Origin: Candidatus Fokinia solitaria
GTDB taxonomy: Bacteria > Pseudomonadota > Alphaproteobacteria > Rickettsiales > Midichloriaceae
Direction of reading: 5' to 3'
Assembly: GCF_003072485.1 (NCBI RefSeq)
Contig: NZ_CP025989.1
Coordinates: 210,001 to 242,000 of the forward strand
Length of the DNA stretch: 32,000 bases
The notes beneath the pieces were generated by a model that searched no databases, was not told where the DNA came from, and saw nothing but the letters and a program-made list of their open reading frames with translations. Both the position numbers and the translations under genes were made by a program. Below are positions 28,618-32,000 of the stretch, piece after piece. Within the stretch, counting starts at the first letter, position 1; every line of letters begins with the position of its first letter.

Positions 28618-29277
28618 TTACTTGAGATTGCCTTTCTTATTCGTATCACTACCAATAATGATATAGCTTGTAATTTCATTAACAGCCATACGCAACTCAT
28701 CACTTAAATGAAAGGAGCTGATTAGCTTTGAAGATGTAGCGAGTACATTTTCACCATCATTGTGCGCAGTATATAGAGACATTTTCATCATGTCTTGCAG
28801 TATGTGATATACCGAGACGTTATGCGTTATCACAGTGTCGTCATTCTTTGCAATACCACTTCTCAAGCGTAATGAATACGCGAGAAATCTGTTATACTCT
28901 GTGATACCTTCATCAATTTTTAAGTCAGCAATTTTTTGACATTTTACAATTGCTTTTACCGGTTCATAATTTCTTAATATTAATCCTAATTTATAGTTTT
29001 CATACAGTCCAATGTATGCATCGGTCTTATATTGCATATTTTTCCGCTGTAAATCATCTTCGGATGGATTTTCATACAGCATATCAGTGAAGAGAACAGC
29101 GTCAGCTTTGGCGTCACGCGTCTTCTTATAATCATAGAATTGCTTTACACCTATGAAAACAGCAATACATATGAATCCTAATGAAATCACTATACTGGCA
29201 AGTTTCATCACTCTCTGCCACCTTTCTGATATTTCTTCTGCGAGAATATCATCGAATACATCCAGATTTTTGTTCAC
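28618..29277 (-). CDS. YfgM-like single-pass membrane protein with TPR-like C-terminal domain (Rickettsiales DUF-type)
   Basis: 219 aa. Acidic N-terminus, one TM helix (LASIVISLGFICIAVFIGV), then a helical repeat-like domain. This is the same layout as YfgM/UPF0070-type proteins. No strong motif, so the family call is tentative. Confidence 0.4.
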   Translation of the reverse strand: MNKNLDVFDDILAEEISERWQRVMKLASIVISLGFICIAVFIGVKQFYDYKKTRDAKADAVLFTDMLYENPSEDDLQRKNMQYKTDAYIGLYENYKLGLILRNYEPVKAIVKCQKIADLKIDEGITEYNRFLAYSLRLRSGIAKNDDTVITHNVSVYHILQDMMKMSLYTAHNDGENVLATSSKLISSFHLSDELRMAVNEITSYIIIGSDTNKKGNLK

Positions 29278-29342
29278 AAGCTTAAAAAATATTAATTCAC
29301 CTGTTTCTTCACAGGATATAATAGATTTTCTCGATATTCTAG

Positions 29343-29372
29343 TTGCTTTTTAAAAGACTATATACGTATATT
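29343..29372 (+). promoter_or_regulatory. Possible sigma70-type promoter for tlc
   Basis: TTGCTT (29343-29348), 18-nt spacer, TATATT (29367-29372), about 30 nt upstream of the tlc ATG. Such matches arise by chance in AT-rich DNA. Confidence 0.25.
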
Positions 29373-29404
29373 ATTCTCAGTATTAGTGTTAGTTAATATA
29401 AAAA

Positions 29405-30877
29405 ATGAGAAAATCTCTAGAGAAAAACTTATTGCTTACTGTGATGATAGTATTCACTGTCTTTCAGTATAGCATATTAAGGAGTATAAAAGATTCGTTT
29501 GTTGTAGATATAGCACCAGAGTTCTTGAGTGCGATAAAATCCTTTGTGGTGCTTCCAGTAGCAGCATTCGCTATGGTGTTTTACATGCAGATATCGAAAA
29601 AACTCAACAGAGTACATACGTATCACCTCTTCAATCTGATCTTTGGCGCCATCGTAATAGTGTATGGTTTCATAATAAATGATACATATACAGATTATTT
29701 CTTCGATGGCTTAGCAGAGTATCAAGAAAAATTTCCGTCTCTTTACTATCCAATAGGAGTTGTACGTTATTGGGTTGTGTCATTCTATTATCTCACAGCA
29801 GAATTGTACGGTACGTTCATGCTTTCGTTGTTATTTTGGCAAATCGCAAATCAAATTACAGGCACTGATGAAGCGCCTGGACTCTACCCTAAATTAGGTA
29901 TTGCGGCACAAGTTGGATTGTTCGCTTCAGGACAGTTTTCTTCCATCATATCTGTAGCTTCGGTTGGAGAGAATGGAGAGAAAGTGATGAAAAGCTGGGA
30001 TGTTGTATTAGCAAATGTAGGAATAGGATGTGTTGCTTCTACCGCTATCTTAGCATTTTGCATAGAAAGACTGAAAGGTGTGGTAGGTAGTAGCACAATT
30101 AATTTTACAAAAGGATTTAAAGGAGAAAAAATAAAAATGAGTTTTAAGGAAAGTATTTCCTTTATTATGAAAAGTCCAGAAATAGGGTTTTTGGTTCTTT
30201 TTGTTCTCGCATACGGGATAGCTTTTAACACTATAGAAGGAGTGTATAAAAAATACGCAGCTATGGCTTTTGCTGGTAAGACCGCTTACTTTATATTCAG
30301 TTCTCAGGTGCAAATGTGGACCGCAGGTTCTGCGATACTTTTCGGTTTATTCGGCTCTTATATCGGTAAGAAACTGAAATGGCGTACTATAGCATTGATG
30401 ACACCTAGCATCATACTTGGTACTGCAATACTATTCTTTGCTTGTATAAAATTTTCTAGTAGCGTTGAGACGTGGATCGCGACGTATATCGGAATTAAAG
30501 CTGTACAGGTAATAGCGGTGTGTGGTGCAATACAAAACGTTGTAGGAAAAGGAGCTAAATACCCTCTCTTTGATTCATCTTTAGAAAGAGTATATACAGT
30601 ATTAGGAGAAGAGTTGCGGACTAGAGGGAAGGCAGTAGTAAGTGTGCTTGGAGGTAGAACAGGGAAGGGTTTCGGTGGATTATGGCAGCAGTTTCTGCTT
30701 TGGTTATATGTAGTGGTGTATAGTCCAGCTACTGCGCCTAGTATAGTTAATATACAAGATGCGTTGCTATGGACGTCAATATTGATATGTATACCTTGGA
30801 TTATCGCTATTTTCCCTATGTCTGAGAAATTTGAAGAAAGAAGAGCGCAAAAAATTAGCGAAACTGGAGAAGCTTAA
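29405..30877 (+). CDS. tlc: ATP/ADP translocase (Tlc/NTT nucleotide transporter family)
   Basis: 490 aa and highly hydrophobic (about 12 TM). The N-terminal signature FQYSILRSIKDSFVV matches the FxYSxLRxxKDxxVV motif of Rickettsia/Chlamydia Tlc/Npt proteins. The central basic loop KGFKGEKIKMSFKESISFIMKS is also typical. Confidence 0.9.
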   Translation: MRKSLEKNLLLTVMIVFTVFQYSILRSIKDSFVVDIAPEFLSAIKSFVVLPVAAFAMVFYMQISKKLNRVHTYHLFNLIFGAIVIVYGFIINDTYTDYFFDGLAEYQEKFPSLYYPIGVVRYWVVSFYYLTAELYGTFMLSLLFWQIANQITGTDEAPGLYPKLGIAAQVGLFASGQFSSIISVASVGENGEKVMKSWDVVLANVGIGCVASTAILAFCIERLKGVVGSSTINFTKGFKGEKIKMSFKESISFIMKSPEIGFLVLFVLAYGIAFNTIEGVYKKYAAMAFAGKTAYFIFSSQVQMWTAGSAILFGLFGSYIGKKLKWRTIALMTPSIILGTAILFFACIKFSSSVETWIATYIGIKAVQVIAVCGAIQNVVGKGAKYPLFDSSLERVYTVLGEELRTRGKAVVSVLGGRTGKGFGGLWQQFLLWLYVVVYSPATAPSIVNIQDALLWTSILICIPWIIAIFPMSEKFEERRAQKISETGEA

Positions 30878-30895
30878 TTGCTTCAAGCACGAGAT

Positions 30896-30922
30896 GTGTA
30901 GCATACAGTGAGTATGCTGCAC
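30896..30922 (+). terminator. Hairpin 18 nt downstream of the tlc stop (candidate terminator)
   Basis: GTGTAGCATAC / loop AGTGA / GTATGCTGCAC: an 11-bp stem with one G-U pair. The downstream sequence TTCAGTGTAG is not a clean U-tract. The 3' arm overlaps the start of the 186-bp repeat. Confidence 0.35.
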
Positions 30923-31286
30923 TTCAGTGTAGTATCTTATTCTTTCCTCTTTCTTTGGAAGTACTGTAAAAGCGCATAGTAAGGTCTTTTCTATGTGATA
31001 ATTTTCTTCTAAATCTTGCTATATTACTGTTTTCAATTTTTCTCCTTTAAATCCTTTTGTGAATCTAAGCATCTCAAAATAGTAGTCTCTTTGATAAATG
31101 TGCTGCACTGCAGTGTAGTATCTTATTCTTTCCTCTTTCTTGAGAAGTACTGTAAAAGCGCATAGTAAGGTCTTTTCTATGTGATAATTCTTCCTCTAAA
31201 TCTCGCTATATTACCGTTTTTAATTTTCTCCTTTAAATCCTTTTGTGAATCTAAGCATCTCGAAATAGTAGTCTCTTTGATAAATG
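30915..31286. repeat. Intergenic tandem repeat, 2 x 186 bp
   Basis: Unit 1 (30915-31100) and unit 2 (31101-31286) both run TGCTGCAC..CAGTGTAGTATCTTATTCTTTCCTCTTTCTT...GTACTGTAAAAGCGCATAGTAAGGTCTTTTCTATGTGATAATT...CCTTTAAATCCTTTTGTGAATCTAAGCATCTC.AAATAGTAGTCTCTTTGATAAATG. The units have equal length and differ by about a dozen substitutions. Confidence 0.9.
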
Positions 31287-31464
31287 AAGTATTTTTGATA
31301 GTAGATGAAATGCTTTTAATAACGCTTCTGAGGTTAAAAGAAAGAGATAAAGCCTCCTCACATTCTAATAAGATGTTGATATGCGTGTTCCATAATACTC
31401 TTTAGCGATTCTCTTTTTTCTCAATTTCCCTAAATGCTGCGCGATCTAAAGTAGAATGTATATT

Positions 31465-31675
31465 GAGAAGTATTTGAAATGTTGCTTCGGTGATGAAGTT
31501 GATTTAACGTGTGATGAAACAATTAAGATGAAGTTTTAGAAAAGAGATGAATAGCATAAAAGAAGCCGATCGCGAAGTTTACGAAATTATATTGAATGAA
31601 TTACACAGACAACAGGATTCTATTGAATTGATTGCATCGGAAAATTTTGTAAGTAAAGCCGTACTTGCGGCATGT
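31465..31675 (+). repeat. Right arm of inverted repeat (leader and 5' coding part of the intact glyA)
   Basis: Partner of 28400-28608 (see the left-arm entry). Confidence 0.8.
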
Positions 31676-32000
31676 GGTTCTGTGCTGACAAATAAGTATG
31701 CAGAAGGATATCCAAGAAAAAGATATTATGATGGATGCGAGTTCGTAGATGAAGTGGAAGCACTTGCAATTCATAGAGCGAAACTACTCTTTAATTGTAC
31801 TTTTGCGAATGTTCAGCCTCACTCAGGTACTCAAGCAAATCAAGCAATTTTTACGGCTTTATTAAAGCCATACGATAAACTCATGAGTTTATCTTTAGAT
31901 TGTGGTGGACATCTTACACATGGTAGCGATGTTAGTATGTCAGGAAAGTGGTTTAATGTAGTTCATTATAAGCTGAATGCAGAAACACATATGCTAGACT
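31547..32000 (+). CDS. glyA: Serine hydroxymethyltransferase, N-terminal ~151 codons, continues beyond right edge
   Basis: Absent from the ORF track because there is no stop in the window. ATG at 31547 gives [126 protein letters not shown], which is textbook SHMT. Confidence 0.93.
   Translation, partial: MNSIKEADREVYEIILNELHRQQDSIELIASENFVSKAVLAACGSVLTNKYAEGYPRKRYYDGCEFVDEVEALAIHRAKLLFNCTFANVQPHSGTQANQAIFTALLKPYDKLMSLSLDCGGHLTHGSDVSMSGKWFNVVHYKLNAETHMLD

Noticed and set aside
28492-28707. 71-aa plus-strand ORF crossing the pseudo-glyA leader and the 3' end of the YfgM-like gene, together with the 74-aa ORF 31181-31405 and the 69-aa ORF 8833-9042.
   Set aside because: They run antisense through a decayed repeat arm, through the tandem repeat, or through the radA 3' end. 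They have no ribosome-binding context and no recognisable sequence, so they are best explained as chance ORFs.
1-32000. Scan for tRNA, rRNA, tmRNA or 4.5S-like RNAs, CRISPR arrays, IS elements, and defence or toxin-antitoxin modules in the intergenic gaps (333-562, 10275-10383, 19278-19381, 23231-23315, 28034-28617, 29278-29404, 30878-31546).
   Set aside because: None of the gaps shows cloverleaf-compatible segments, a T-loop GTTCGAAT-type box, regularly spaced short repeats, terminal inverted repeats with a transposase, or small paired ORFs. The two long gaps are explained by the pseudo-glyA fragment and the 186-bp repeat. A by-eye scan cannot exclude small RNAs.
1-32000. Possibility of a non-standard genetic code (for example TGA read as Trp), given the AT-rich endosymbiont-like genome.
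   Set aside because: The long conserved ORFs read through cleanly with the standard code. Trp at conserved positions is TGG, and several genes (for example the RND pump) end at TGA at the expected length.

Overview
AT-rich (roughly mid-30s % GC by eye), tightly packed chromosomal segment. Its gene content points to an obligate intracellular alphaproteobacterium (Rickettsiales/Holosporales-like): an ATP/ADP translocase (tlc), class I LysRS, an NDUFS4-like protein, an atpA detached from the other atp genes, and solitary mlaE and RND genes. I cannot name the organism.

About 20 CDS are supported. Most are housekeeping: folD (partial), radA, rsmG, mlaE, lysS, leuS, an lpd-like gene, lipB, atpA, an RND pump, tlc and glyA (partial).

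Five things are not ordinary:
1. A stand-alone homologue of gene-transfer-agent ORFg15 (563-3181). It lies directly upstream of an unrecognised 1847-aa secreted protein rich in Cys and Ser/Thr (3283-8826), which contains three tandem ~255-aa modules and an in-frame 21-nt microsatellite. This pair is my best candidate for an undescribed host-interaction module, but only adjacency supports the link.
2. An inverted, decayed duplicate of the glyA leader and 5' coding region. With the intact glyA it brackets a 2.86-kb cassette carrying a YfgM-like gene, tlc and a 2 x 186-bp tandem repeat.
3. That tandem repeat carries a 24-nt exact inverted match to tlc coding sequence.
4. An E3/Lpd-like ORF in which one redox cysteine and the catalytic histidine are each replaced by Tyr through single transitions.
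5. A signal-peptide-bearing PcaH-like protein that appears to lack the His iron ligands.

By eye I saw no tRNA, rRNA, CRISPR array, transposase, integrase or recognisable defence or toxin system. All family calls come from motif recognition, not database searches.
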